Positions 55,397 to 64,000 of a stretch of 64,000 nucleotides of DNA are shown piece after piece. Each line of letters begins with the position of its first letter. The stretch's first letter is position 1. The notes below the pieces were generated by a model that worked only from the letters and a program-made list of their open reading frames with translations, had not been told where the DNA came from and did no database searches. Source of the stretch: a virus; the IMG/VR virus record IMGVR_UViG_3300031857_000133, positions 2,904 through 66,903 of that record; one strand, 5' to 3'. Both the position numbers and the translations under genes were made by a program.

Positions 55397-56127
55397 TGGC
55401 ATTTTCACCAAACTCATTTCTATCGAATGTCAACGCAAAGGGTGGACTGGCAAGACCTTCAAGGTTTCAGGTAATATTACCTATACCACCTTACATTGCA
55501 CAATTCGTAAAGAACTCTTTGATAGAAAAAATTCTGAATTTGCCCAACTCAATTATGGCAGATGTTACCGATGCTATTAACAATGCAATCGGTTCTGGAA
55601 CTGAAGCAAGCAGAAGTGCCAATCCTACGATGACACGTTATCTGGCATTGCAATGTGAATCGGCAGAATTGCCAGGCAAAAATTTTGTTACTGATGATGT
55701 TAAAATTTATGGTCCTGTATTTAAAGTGCCTTATCAAGTTCAGTACGCAGAAACAACATTAACATTTATTTGTACAAACGATTTCTATGAGCGTAAATTA
55801 TTTGAACGTTGGATGGAAGCAATCATGCCAACCGACACAAACAATTTGCGTTTTCCTAAAGGCGAAAATTCAAAGTACATGACTGAGATAACAGTCAAAC
55901 AATATAACGATGAAGTAACACAAATTTTTGGCGTCAAAATGATTGATGCATTTCCTATTAATATTGCTGCACAACAACTGAGTTGGGGTGATGATAGTTT
56001 CCATCGACTTTCTGTACAGTTTGCATATCAAAGATATGAACCGATTCTTGAGAGTCAAGTTAATGCTGGCGAAGCAATTACGAATCTTGCGGTTGGTGGT
56101 GGTAGAGCATTGTTTAGAACATTTTAA
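55396..56127 (+). CDS. gp54: tail tube initiator (gp54-like, gp19 fold)
   Basis: GGLARPSRFQV, CESAELPGK, FERWME and DAFPINI...LSW...RLSVQFAY motifs of the gp19/gp54 family. Confidence 0.7.
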   Translation: MAFSPNSFLSNVNAKGGLARPSRFQVILPIPPYIAQFVKNSLIEKILNLPNSIMADVTDAINNAIGSGTEASRSANPTMTRYLALQCESAELPGKNFVTDDVKIYGPVFKVPYQVQYAETTLTFICTNDFYERKLFERWMEAIMPTDTNNLRFPKGENSKYMTEITVKQYNDEVTQIFGVKMIDAFPINIAAQQLSWGDDSFHRLSVQFAYQRYEPILESQVNAGEAITNLAVGGGRALFRTF

Positions 56128-56145
56128 TTTTTTAATGAGGACATT

Positions 56146-56868
56146 ATGTTACCTAAAATAGATATACCGATTTATGAAACTCATTTGATTTCGAATGGAG
56201 AACTTGTCAGATTTAGACCATTTCTTGTCAAAGAACAAAAATTGTTTTTGATGGCAAATGAATCTGATGATCCTAAAGAGACAATCAACACAATCAAACA
56301 AGTATTGAGAAATTGTATTTTGGATGATCTTGATGTTGATAATCTAGCCACATTTGACATTGAATATCTCTTTTTACAACTGAGAGCAAGATCGGTAGGT
56401 GAAATTGTTACCCTTAGATTCACTTGCAACAACGACATCACAGAAGAAAATAAATGTGGTAATGTTGTGAAGATTGATGTCAATGTTTTGGATATAAAGC
56501 CGACTGTAAACACCGAACACTCCAACAAGATTCAAATCAATGACAAGATTGGTATTGTTTTAAAATATCCAACTTTCGGCAGTGTGGATGTGGCATCTTT
56601 AGATACTGAAAATCTTGATCAGGTTCTTGATATTATTGTTGCTTGTATCGATTATGTTTATGATGAAGAGCAAATATATCCAGCAAAAGATAGTAGCAAA
56701 AAAGAACTCACAGAGTTTATTGAAAACTTGAAACAGACAGACTTGGAAAAAATCTCAGCATTCTTTAATAGTTTGCCCAAAATGAAAAAAGATGTGGATT
56801 TTAAATGCGATAAATGTGGCTATCACGAAACACTACAACTTGAAGGAATCCAAAGTTTTTTCGTATAG
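56146..56868 (+). CDS. gp26: gp26-like baseplate hub / tail assembly chaperone
   Basis: MLPKI..P.Y, FRPFLVKEQK, FDIEYLFLQLRARSVGE, two Cys pairs, ends LEGIQSFFV. Confidence 0.85.
   Translation: MLPKIDIPIYETHLISNGELVRFRPFLVKEQKLFLMANESDDPKETINTIKQVLRNCILDDLDVDNLATFDIEYLFLQLRARSVGEIVTLRFTCNNDITEENKCGNVVKIDVNVLDIKPTVNTEHSNKIQINDKIGIVLKYPTFGSVDVASLDTENLDQVLDIIVACIDYVYDEEQIYPAKDSSKKELTEFIENLKQTDLEKISAFFNSLPKMKKDVDFKCDKCGYHETLQLEGIQSFFV
56856..56862 (+). other. candidate -1 programmed ribosomal frameshift site T_TTT_TTC
   Basis: X_XXY_YYZ heptamer correctly phased in the gp26-like frame, one codon before its stop; the -1 frame is open from 56844 through the gp51-like ORF to 57071. Confidence 0.65.
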
Positions 56869-56885
56869 CTTTTAGTCATGATAAT

Positions 56886-57071
56886 TTGTCCAATTATTTT
56901 CAAACAAACTTTGCACTTATGCAGCATCACAAATATAGTTTGACTGAATTGGATAGTATGATACCTTGGGAAAAACAAGCATACATTGATTTATTATTGC
57001 AGCACTTGGAAGAAGAGAGAGAAAGAATTAAAGACGAAAAAAACAGAGCATCAGCGGCAGGTAGAAGGTAA
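56886..57071 (+). CDS. gp51: gp51-like baseplate hub assembly protein (probably expressed as a frameshift extension of gp26-like)
   Basis: NYFQTNFALMQHHKYSLTELDSMIPWE..Y motif; only a TTG start or an internal ATG, with no clear Shine-Dalgarno sequence. Confidence 0.75.
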   Translation: MSNYFQTNFALMQHHKYSLTELDSMIPWEKQAYIDLLLQHLEEERERIKDEKNRASAAGRR

Positions 57072-57077
57072 AAATTA

Positions 57078-59510
57078 ATGGCAGACAATTCACCAGTTGG
57101 CATGATATGGAATGGACTTTTATGGGTTCCAACAGATCCAAAAAAAGCGTCATCTAAATCAAGTCGATACAAACCCACTAATATGAAATCCAAAATCGGA
57201 TTGTCTAAAGCCGACCCTTTGGGTAAATTTTTACCAAACATCGCAAAAGACGTATCCTCAATTAAAGCAAGTCTTTTCTCTCTTGTAAAAATTCAAGATC
57301 AAGAAAAAAAAGCAGCCGCTTTTGAGAAGACGAAAGAAAGGGCATTATCTTACGCCAGAAGGTACTTTAAAACTAAACCTACCAAGCAAGACAAAAAAGC
57401 GTTTGAGCCAAACAAAAAAAGTTTTTTGGAAACAATCAAAGATGGTTTAACTAACATCTTTAAATTTGCTTTGTTGGGTCTTGGTGCCATCGGCGCCAGT
57501 AAACTTTTAAGTTTACCCGGTGTAATGGAAGGCATTACTAATTTTGTAAAAAAAGTAATTGTGGGTATTGCCGATCTAATTCAAAAAGGTACCAAATTTT
57601 TAACTGATCTGTTGAAAGATAATGAAGTTATAAACTCAATAGCGGGCGTTCTTAAAACCGTTCTTGGTGCAATTGCTAATGGTCTTTCGATAGCATCTGA
57701 TTTTTTGAAAACCATTTTAGGTAACTCTGAAAACCAGAAGAGCATATCGAAAGTAATTTCTTCAGTAATTGGTGTAATCTTCAATGCACTGTTGGCATCA
57801 CTCACAGTTATTGGAAATGTTTTAAATGATAACAAAGATGCGATTGTCACTGGCGTAGTCAAACTATTCACAATTATTGCAAACGGAATTGCTGGTGGTT
57901 TAAGAATGCTTGGAGACATGATTAGTGATCCTGATTTCAAAAATGCTGTTCAGCAAATATACTTCGCACTCAAAGACTTCTTAACAACAATTTTAAATGA
58001 ACCAATTGCTGAATTGGGTGGTGTGAAAGTAAATCTTAAAATGGCTTTTGTTGGTCTTGCTGCTGTAATGGTAGGATTTGAACTTGCGATGGCAGGATTC
58101 ACAGCGTGGCTCGTAAGTAAATTCGTCACTGGCGGATTGAATTTACCTTCTAGAGGTGGTAGAGGAGGAGTAAAAACACCGACAACTGGAGGTTGGACAA
58201 AACCCAGTGCTGAAGTTACTGAGTATATTAGTGGAACAACGGAAAAAGTTGGCGGCACTGCCGGTGGTGGTTTAGTATCAAAAGCAAAAGGAATGGCAAA
58301 AGGTGTCGGTGGCTTTGTTGCTGGTAATGCTGGAAATATAGCCATGGGTGCAGTGACTTTAGGTGGAGCATATATCGGAGCAAAAGAAGGATATGATGCT
58401 TACAAAATGGCAAATGATCCAGAAGCACAAAGAAGAGCAAGAGAAGAAAGAGAATTAAGAAACGCACAAAATTTATCGCCGACAAGAGGCACCGAAGGAC
58501 CCGCTTCAGAAAAACAAAGAACAGCGGCAACAACGGTAGCAAAATCTTTTTCAGGAAAATCGGCGGCAGAATTTATAGGATCAATGGAAGGTTTTGCTAA
58601 GAAAGCATATCTTGATCCTCCGGGTAACAATAAAAATCAATACTCAATCGGTTACGGTCATCTGATTCAACCGCATGAGATAAAACAAGGATTCATAAAT
58701 CTGGGTGATGGTAAGAAAGTTGTTGTAAAGGGTCCTGGTGGAGCAGACACGACAATCAGTGAGTCTGAAGCAAAGACATTATTGAATTCTGATTTACCAA
58801 AATATGAAAACATGGCAGTCAGATCAATTGGTTCTGATGCGTGGGAAAAACTTGGTCAAGACCAGAGAAATGCACTTACATCATTGGCTTATAACGGCGG
58901 CAAAGGTCAAATTGATTATCTGGTAAGATTTGGCCTAAGAAAAGCTATTATGGAAGGTAATAAAGAAGAGGCAGCAAAAATCATTTATGAAAAAGGTTGG
59001 AAAACATCTGGCGGAAAATATCTAGCGGGTCTTGAAACCCGCCGCTTAAAAGAAGCATCGTTATTCGGTGGCGGTGCAGCGGCTGAGCAACTTGCAAAAG
59101 CACCGACACCTGCACCAACACCAGAAGCAAGAATATCTGAACAAGCAGGTGCATTTAACATTGCACCAATTTCTTCTGCTGCGGCAGCAATCTCAGATAA
59201 AAAAGTAGAAGTTCTAAAAAGAAGTCAAACTTTTGGACAAAGAGTAAGCCAGTTTGTGCAAGATACTCTGGTTTCTGGTTTGGAAAAAGGTGGCGATTTC
59301 TTAAAAGGCCTAGACGAAATGACCGGTGGCAAACTTGGAATTGCATCGGGTGAATTAGCATCTGCACTTAGAACCAGAGGATTATTTGAAATGACTCCTG
59401 ATGTCATTGATGGTTCTAGAAATATATCTTATGCAGACAGAGTGCAAACCAATGAGCCTATTCCAAGTGTATACGATCAAACCCTTTTGACTAAGTTGAG
59501 AATGGCATAA
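57078..59510 (+). CDS. tape-measure-like protein with GH24 lysozyme domain
   Basis: Long amphipathic helical repeats, then EGFAKKAYLD...SIGYGH...ALTSLAYNGG...GLETRRLKEASLF (GH24 E-x8-D motif) at about 58560-59066. Confidence 0.7.
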   Translation: MADNSPVGMIWNGLLWVPTDPKKASSKSSRYKPTNMKSKIGLSKADPLGKFLPNIAKDVSSIKASLFSLVKIQDQEKKAAAFEKTKERALSYARRYFKTKPTKQDKKAFEPNKKSFLETIKDGLTNIFKFALLGLGAIGASKLLSLPGVMEGITNFVKKVIVGIADLIQKGTKFLTDLLKDNEVINSIAGVLKTVLGAIANGLSIASDFLKTILGNSENQKSISKVISSVIGVIFNALLASLTVIGNVLNDNKDAIVTGVVKLFTIIANGIAGGLRMLGDMISDPDFKNAVQQIYFALKDFLTTILNEPIAELGGVKVNLKMAFVGLAAVMVGFELAMAGFTAWLVSKFVTGGLNLPSRGGRGGVKTPTTGGWTKPSAEVTEYISGTTEKVGGTAGGGLVSKAKGMAKGVGGFVAGNAGNIAMGAVTLGGAYIGAKEGYDAYKMANDPEAQRRAREERELRNAQNLSPTRGTEGPASEKQRTAATTVAKSFSGKSAAEFIGSMEGFAKKAYLDPPGNNKNQYSIGYGHLIQPHEIKQGFINLGDGKKVVVKGPGGADTTISESEAKTLLNSDLPKYENMAVRSIGSDAWEKLGQDQRNALTSLAYNGGKGQIDYLVRFGLRKAIMEGNKEEAAKIIYEKGWKTSGGKYLAGLETRRLKEASLFGGGAAAEQLAKAPTPAPTPEARISEQAGAFNIAPISSAAAAISDKKVEVLKRSQTFGQRVSQFVQDTLVSGLEKGGDFLKGLDEMTGGKLGIASGELASALRTRGLFEMTPDVIDGSRNISYADRVQTNEPIPSVYDQTLLTKLRMA

Positions 59511-62101
59511 TGGCAATTCCTACAATCACCACGCCAACGCCTGAGAAAAGTAATTTAGAAAAAGTATTAGTTAATGTTTCTAAAGATTTCGCTGCCATAA
59601 GAAAAAGTTTTGCTAGACTTAATTTTGGAAAAAAACAAGAGACAGCGATTCGTTCATCACAACAATCTGATGTAAGGCGAACTGCGTATAAAGAAAAATT
59701 CTCGAAAGTTGTTAAAACCGAAAACATTGATGACGGAAAACGAAATTTAAAAGATACAACAAAAAGTTTTTTTGATTCGTTAAGTTCAATCGGTGGAGTT
59801 TTAGGCACAGCGTTCGCTTACTTAGGTGTTGCAGGTATCGTAAAGATGTTACTTTCAGCAACAGGCACAGGCAAGTATGTGTCTGGATTTGTTACGAATA
59901 TTTTCACATCGATTACAGATTTAATTAAAAAAACTGCCAACTTCTTACTCTCAATATTTCAAGATTCACAAGTTCGTGCGGCATTCGTAAAAGCATTCTC
60001 ATCGCTTTTTTCGTTTCTAGGTAGTTTACTTTATGCCAGTTTCTCTCTCATAAAAACTCTGCTCACCGACAACGAAGTTATACAAACTTTAGGTAGAATT
60101 GTCAAATCGATTTTCACAGTCATTTTTGATGGCATTATTATACTAACTGAAATAATTAAAGACTTGTTCAACCAAAACGGTGCAGCGATTAAAGATGGTG
60201 TAGTACAATTCCTAACTGAAATACTACGAACGCTTACCGTTGCATTTGAAGTTGCGAAAGATGTTTTCACAACAGCGGTAAACAATCCAGAGTTCATCGA
60301 TTCGATGAAGAATGTCTTCAAAAATTTTTGGTATTTGATTGTAGAGGCATTTAAACAAGATTACAAAACAGCATCTGGAGAAACCACAAATATTTGGTTC
60401 GAAATAGGTGAGATCATAGGAAAAATGGCATTATTTTATGGTGCCCTTTTGTCCGCAAAAGTATTATTGATGAAGGCCGTTCGTGTTCTAAGTATGGCTA
60501 AATTTGATTTCTCAAAAGAGTGTGATTGTGGTATGGTAGGTCCTGACGATTTGGATAGAGATAAGAAAAAGCCAACTGGTAAAGGAAGAAAACCGTCAAC
60601 GAAAAAAGGATCAGTTGGTGACAGATTAGGAAAATTTGGAAGTGACGTTGCAGAAGGTGCAAAAAATCTTTGGGGTAAAGTCAGTTCTTTTGGTGAGAAC
60701 ATTTACAACAAAGCCAAAGGCTTAGGTAAAGCAATCTATGGATATCTTGAAAATCGTATAAAGAGTTCTGCTCGTTATTTTCGTGCCATATTTGGCAATC
60801 CATCTTTACGTAAAAAAGTTAATGGTATTATTTTGCAAAAACTTGGTCAAAAAGCCGCAGAGTATTTTGGCAAGTTAGCAACGAAAGCAACTGTAGCGGC
60901 CGCTGGAATCACAACTGGTGGTGTTATTACTGTATTGATGACTGCGTTAGCAGTGGCTGATACGGCGTTATTGCTCTACGCAATTTACGAACTTCTATTT
61001 GTAACAACTGATGGTGAAAAAGAAGACGGTGGTTATTTTCCACAAATGGCAGCAGAGATAGAAAAATGGCTTAAAGAGAATCCAGAAACGACACCTCTAC
61101 CTGCTCCCGAAGAAGCACCGGTTGCAACACCAAACTTAGCACAATTAAATAAAGAAGGATCAAGAATTGGCGCAGGTTATGCTGAAGCGGCAGCACCCTC
61201 TGTCGCACCTATGCCAATACAAATGGCACCAGCACCAAGATCGACAACTACTCCTTCTCAATCTGCCGTAGCAAGTGCCGAATCTGATGTTTCTAAAGCA
61301 CAAGTAATTGGTGCTGGCAGTGCGGCAGCAACAGCAGCACTGCAAGAAAAAATGAAAAAAGGTGATGTGTCGGCTGAACCTCACGAAGCTGGAACAGACG
61401 TATTAGCACAAAATCTTATGGGATTTGTTCCGGGTTTCAAACAATTCACAGCATTTGATGACGCATTTCATGGTAAAGTATCACCAGGCTCGAAACACAA
61501 TTCGGGACTTGCAATAGACTTTACTGTAAATGGCGGTTCAAAAGAATATGCCGCAGCGACAGCCGCAGTTAGAAAACATTTATCAGATTTGGGTTTAGGA
61601 CCTGGTGACGTAAGAGTAATCGATGAGTTGAATAATCCATCTTCTAAAGCAACCGGTCCACACATACATGTTCAGTTTCAATCAAAAGAAGCGGCTGAAA
61701 GATACAGAAGTTTATTTCCAAATGTTCAACTCACAGCACTAGCAAAAGAATCGAACGATATTGGTCCTGTCGAAGGAACACCGTTTACGATGGCAAAAAA
61801 TGCTATGCAGGAAATTCCTGAACAAAAACAAAAAAGTTTTGCATCAAAAATGATTGAAGACATGATGGGCGGCATGACAGCACTTGATGAGATGTCTGGA
61901 GGCAAATTGGGTCTTGCTTCTAGTGATATGAAAAGTTTGATGAGAGGCTTGGAAGATGAACTCAATAAGGGAACAACGTTCATCGACAACTCTGTAAAAA
62001 TAGCATCACAGAAAGTTGAAGAAAGAATAGGCTCACCAAGAAATGTAGCACAGACAAATGAAAACGTGCTGAGTGCTATTTTGAATCGACAAACTACATA
62101 A
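59510..62101 (+). CDS. tape-measure-like protein with M15-type (Hedgehog/DD-peptidase fold) domain
   Basis: Helical repeats paralogous to the preceding gene; SKHNSGLAIDF...GPHIHVQF zinc-peptidase motif at about 61445-61680. Confidence 0.65.
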   Translation: MAIPTITTPTPEKSNLEKVLVNVSKDFAAIRKSFARLNFGKKQETAIRSSQQSDVRRTAYKEKFSKVVKTENIDDGKRNLKDTTKSFFDSLSSIGGVLGTAFAYLGVAGIVKMLLSATGTGKYVSGFVTNIFTSITDLIKKTANFLLSIFQDSQVRAAFVKAFSSLFSFLGSLLYASFSLIKTLLTDNEVIQTLGRIVKSIFTVIFDGIIILTEIIKDLFNQNGAAIKDGVVQFLTEILRTLTVAFEVAKDVFTTAVNNPEFIDSMKNVFKNFWYLIVEAFKQDYKTASGETTNIWFEIGEIIGKMALFYGALLSAKVLLMKAVRVLSMAKFDFSKECDCGMVGPDDLDRDKKKPTGKGRKPSTKKGSVGDRLGKFGSDVAEGAKNLWGKVSSFGENIYNKAKGLGKAIYGYLENRIKSSARYFRAIFGNPSLRKKVNGIILQKLGQKAAEYFGKLATKATVAAAGITTGGVITVLMTALAVADTALLLYAIYELLFVTTDGEKEDGGYFPQMAAEIEKWLKENPETTPLPAPEEAPVATPNLAQLNKEGSRIGAGYAEAAAPSVAPMPIQMAPAPRSTTTPSQSAVASAESDVSKAQVIGAGSAAATAALQEKMKKGDVSAEPHEAGTDVLAQNLMGFVPGFKQFTAFDDAFHGKVSPGSKHNSGLAIDFTVNGGSKEYAAATAAVRKHLSDLGLGPGDVRVIDELNNPSSKATGPHIHVQFQSKEAAERYRSLFPNVQLTALAKESNDIGPVEGTPFTMAKNAMQEIPEQKQKSFASKMIEDMMGGMTALDEMSGGKLGLASSDMKSLMRGLEDELNKGTTFIDNSVKIASQKVEERIGSPRNVAQTNENVLSAILNRQTT

Positions 62102-62126
62102 AAAAACGGCACCCGAAGGTGCCGTC
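62098..62126 (-). terminator. intrinsic terminator after gp32 with a CUUCGG tetraloop
   Basis: Minus strand ACGGCACC-TTCG-GGTGCCGT followed by a T-run; the C(UUCG)G loop is characteristic of T4 terminators; sits between convergent genes. Confidence 0.9.
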
Positions 62127-62134
62127 AAACCTAA

Positions 62135-62992
62135 TTAATCTTCTGCTAGAGACTTAAAGTAATCAAGTTCTTCATCTTCAATGTCCGGTGAAGAACGTGG
62201 TGTAAAGTCTTCAGCCTTAGTCTTAGACACTGGTGCAGCACCATCCAGACCAAGAACTTTATCAAGTTTTGCCTTCAACACATCATATGACTTAAAGTGT
62301 TTAGGATCAAGAAACTCTTTGAGTGAATATTCTTTTTTCCACAATGCTTCAAGTTTAGCATCATCACCATCAAATAACGCTGACGGAGAATCAAACTCAG
62401 ACTTGTCATAGTTACGATAACCTTCAACTTGACGAATCTTGATTTTGAAGTTCGCACCATCCCAGAAGTCGAATGGATTGATTGCTTTCTCATCTTCAAA
62501 CTGAGGATTCATTGCTTCGGTCAGTTTATCGAAGATTTTCTTACCAAACTTATACAGTTTGATTTTGCCTTCATTTTCTGGATTCTTAGGATCAGAAACG
62601 ATCAATACATTTGAAATGTATGTGAGGCGGCGTTTCTGTTTACGTGCAATTTCTTTGTTCGCTTCGATACCAGAATTCCACAACACAGAGTTATACTCTG
62701 ATACTGGATCTTTCTGATTCAAAGTGGTCAAAGAATTTTCAATGTACCAACCACCAGGACCTTGAAAGCCGTGATTGAAAACACGAACCCAAGGAAGTGC
62801 ATCATCGCCATCTGCCGCTGGTGCTGGCAAAAAACGAATAATTGCCATACCATTACCGGCTTTATCTACTTCCGGTTGCCAAAAACGATCATCGTCTTTA
62901 GAACCTTCTGCTGGTGTATTAATTGATTCAATCGCTTTGGTGAGTTTGTCGAACGAATTGCGATTGCTTTTGAGACTAGCAAAATCTGCCAT
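62135..62992 (-). CDS. gp32: single-stranded DNA-binding protein gp32
   Basis: DDRFWQPEVDKAGNGMAIIRFLP, HGFQGPGGWYIENS, FDFWDGANFKIKIR...NYDKSEF and an acidic C-terminal tail. Confidence 0.97.
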   Translation of the reverse strand: MADFASLKSNRNSFDKLTKAIESINTPAEGSKDDDRFWQPEVDKAGNGMAIIRFLPAPAADGDDALPWVRVFNHGFQGPGGWYIENSLTTLNQKDPVSEYNSVLWNSGIEANKEIARKQKRRLTYISNVLIVSDPKNPENEGKIKLYKFGKKIFDKLTEAMNPQFEDEKAINPFDFWDGANFKIKIRQVEGYRNYDKSEFDSPSALFDGDDAKLEALWKKEYSLKEFLDPKHFKSYDVLKAKLDKVLGLDGAAPVSKTKAEDFTPRSSPDIEDEELDYFKSLAED

Positions 62993-63016
62993 AGTTTACC
63001 TCGTATAAGTTAATTG

Positions 63017-63559
63017 TTAAAAAGTATGTGCGTCTTGTCCACATGATTCATTATATACTTGTATATATGTATCGTCAAGAACGGATTGCACGATTTTTAT
63101 CGTTTTAGCCGTATCTTTGTGAAGAATTCCTATACCACCTGCCATATTAAAGTCATCAATGACATCTTGCGTATCATCAATAAGAATAATATCCGATTTG
63201 GCATAGTTCGCCTTCAAATGACGACCAGGTACGATATTGGCTGTAAAGTCGATGTGATGTCTTTTCAGCCAAACCTTTTTCTGTCGCTTCACCTCTTCAT
63301 GATGCATACGACCGCCCGAAGAAGAGAGTATCTCGACAGGAATATCCAGTGAGATAATATACTTTAGTAGTTCTTTACCACCAGGATACCAATCTAAAGT
63401 TTCGAAGTTGCTACCATCTACAAATTGATTCCATTTTTCATCATGTTTCTCACCACGTTCACGGCTGCTTGCCGCTTTTTCTTTGAAGACCTCTTTATAT
63501 CTTTTGTTGAAGTCGGACAATACTCCATCCATATCAAGATATATTTTCTGTATTCGCAT
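63017..63559 (-). CDS. HAD-superfamily 5'(3')-deoxyribonucleotidase-like protein
   Basis: Likely start 63559 (MRIQKIYLDMDGVL, DxD motif I), EILSS motif II, K and ILIDD motifs III/IV. Confidence 0.85.
   Translation of the reverse strand: MRIQKIYLDMDGVLSDFNKRYKEVFKEKAASSRERGEKHDEKWNQFVDGSNFETLDWYPGGKELLKYIISLDIPVEILSSSGGRMHHEEVKRQKKVWLKRHHIDFTANIVPGRHLKANYAKSDIILIDDTQDVIDDFNMAGGIGILHKDTAKTIKIVQSVLDDTYIQVYNESCGQDAHTF
63050..63078 (-). promoter_or_regulatory. sigma70-type promoter for gp32 (TTGACG-N17-TATAAT)
   Basis: -35 TTGACG at 63078-63073, 17-nt spacer, -10 TATAAT at 63055-63050, inside the 3' end of the HAD gene. Confidence 0.8.
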
Positions 63560-64000
63560 CGTATTCCTTTTTGAGTATAAGTTTGTATTTTGTTTGTTCA
63601 AACGGTATGAACGGTGTGTACTTTTTTATTTTTCGACTGATGTTAGGATAGTGAATGGTATCACCGATTTTCTTATCCCATGACGGTAAGAAGTTGAGTA
63701 TCTTATTCAGTATACAGATTGATTCCAGCGAAATTTCATCATGCAAAAGTTTCTGTAGCAATTTCGGATACTCACCGTCATGTACTATTAATGAATCATT
63801 TGGGCTCTCCTGACTCATTAATGATTCAATGTCATTCGTAAAGGTGTATGTCAACGATTGAACAATTTTCTGTCGTTTACGATACTCAATGTCTGCATCA
63901 TTGGTCAGAAGATGACCTATCCAGACATCATGGTTATTAACCAAATTAGCAACAATATAATCACGGCATATGTCAACATTTGTGAATCTCCGGCTAAGTT
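63534..64000 (-). CDS. gp59: helicase loader gp59 (3' part; runs off the right edge)
   Basis: YIVANLV...WIGHL, QSLTYTF, ISLESICILN and KIKKYTPF motifs; lies upstream of gp32 as in T4. Confidence 0.85.
   Translation of the reverse strand, partial: LSRRFTNVDICRDYIVANLVNNHDVWIGHLLTNDADIEYRKRQKIVQSLTYTFTNDIESLMSQESPNDSLIVHDGEYPKLLQKLLHDEISLESICILNKILNFLPSWDKKIGDTIHYPNISRKIKKYTPFIPFEQTKYKLILKKEYDANTENIS

Overview
A 64-kb stretch of a T4-like myophage genome (standard genetic code, AT-rich), resembling environmental or aquatic T4-like phages rather than T4 itself. Left to right on the minus strand: portal gp20 (partial), tube gp19, sheath gp18, terminase gp17/gp16 with a Dps gene inserted between the two subunits, neck gp15/14/13, a ~25-kb block of modular tail-fibre, adaptor, adhesin and chaperone genes (8.6-33.8 kb), a VrlC/DUF4815-like giant protein, and the baseplate genes gp8, gp7-like, gp6, gp25, PAAR, gp5, hub, gp53 and gp48. 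A plus-strand block follows (gp4, gp2, gp54-like, gp26-like, gp51-like and two paralogous tape-measure-like proteins carrying different peptidoglycan hydrolases), then gp32, a HAD nucleotidase and partial gp59 on the minus strand. Main observations: (1) an apparent plug-and-socket code of matching terminal motifs and four paralogous ~110-127 aa adaptors, suggesting a hyper-branched fibre tree ending in nine glycine-rich adhesin domains and a fibrinogen-like tip; (2) a T_TTT_TTC -1 slippery site that would fuse the gp26-like and gp51-like ORFs directly upstream of the tape-measure-like genes, like lambda gpG/gpGT; (3) a lysozyme-less gp5 paired with duplicated tape-measure-like proteins bearing a GH24 lysozyme and an M15-type peptidase; (4) Dps inside the packaging operon. 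No tRNA, CRISPR array, intron, intein or mobile element was recognised. All family assignments come from motif recognition and synteny, not from database searches.
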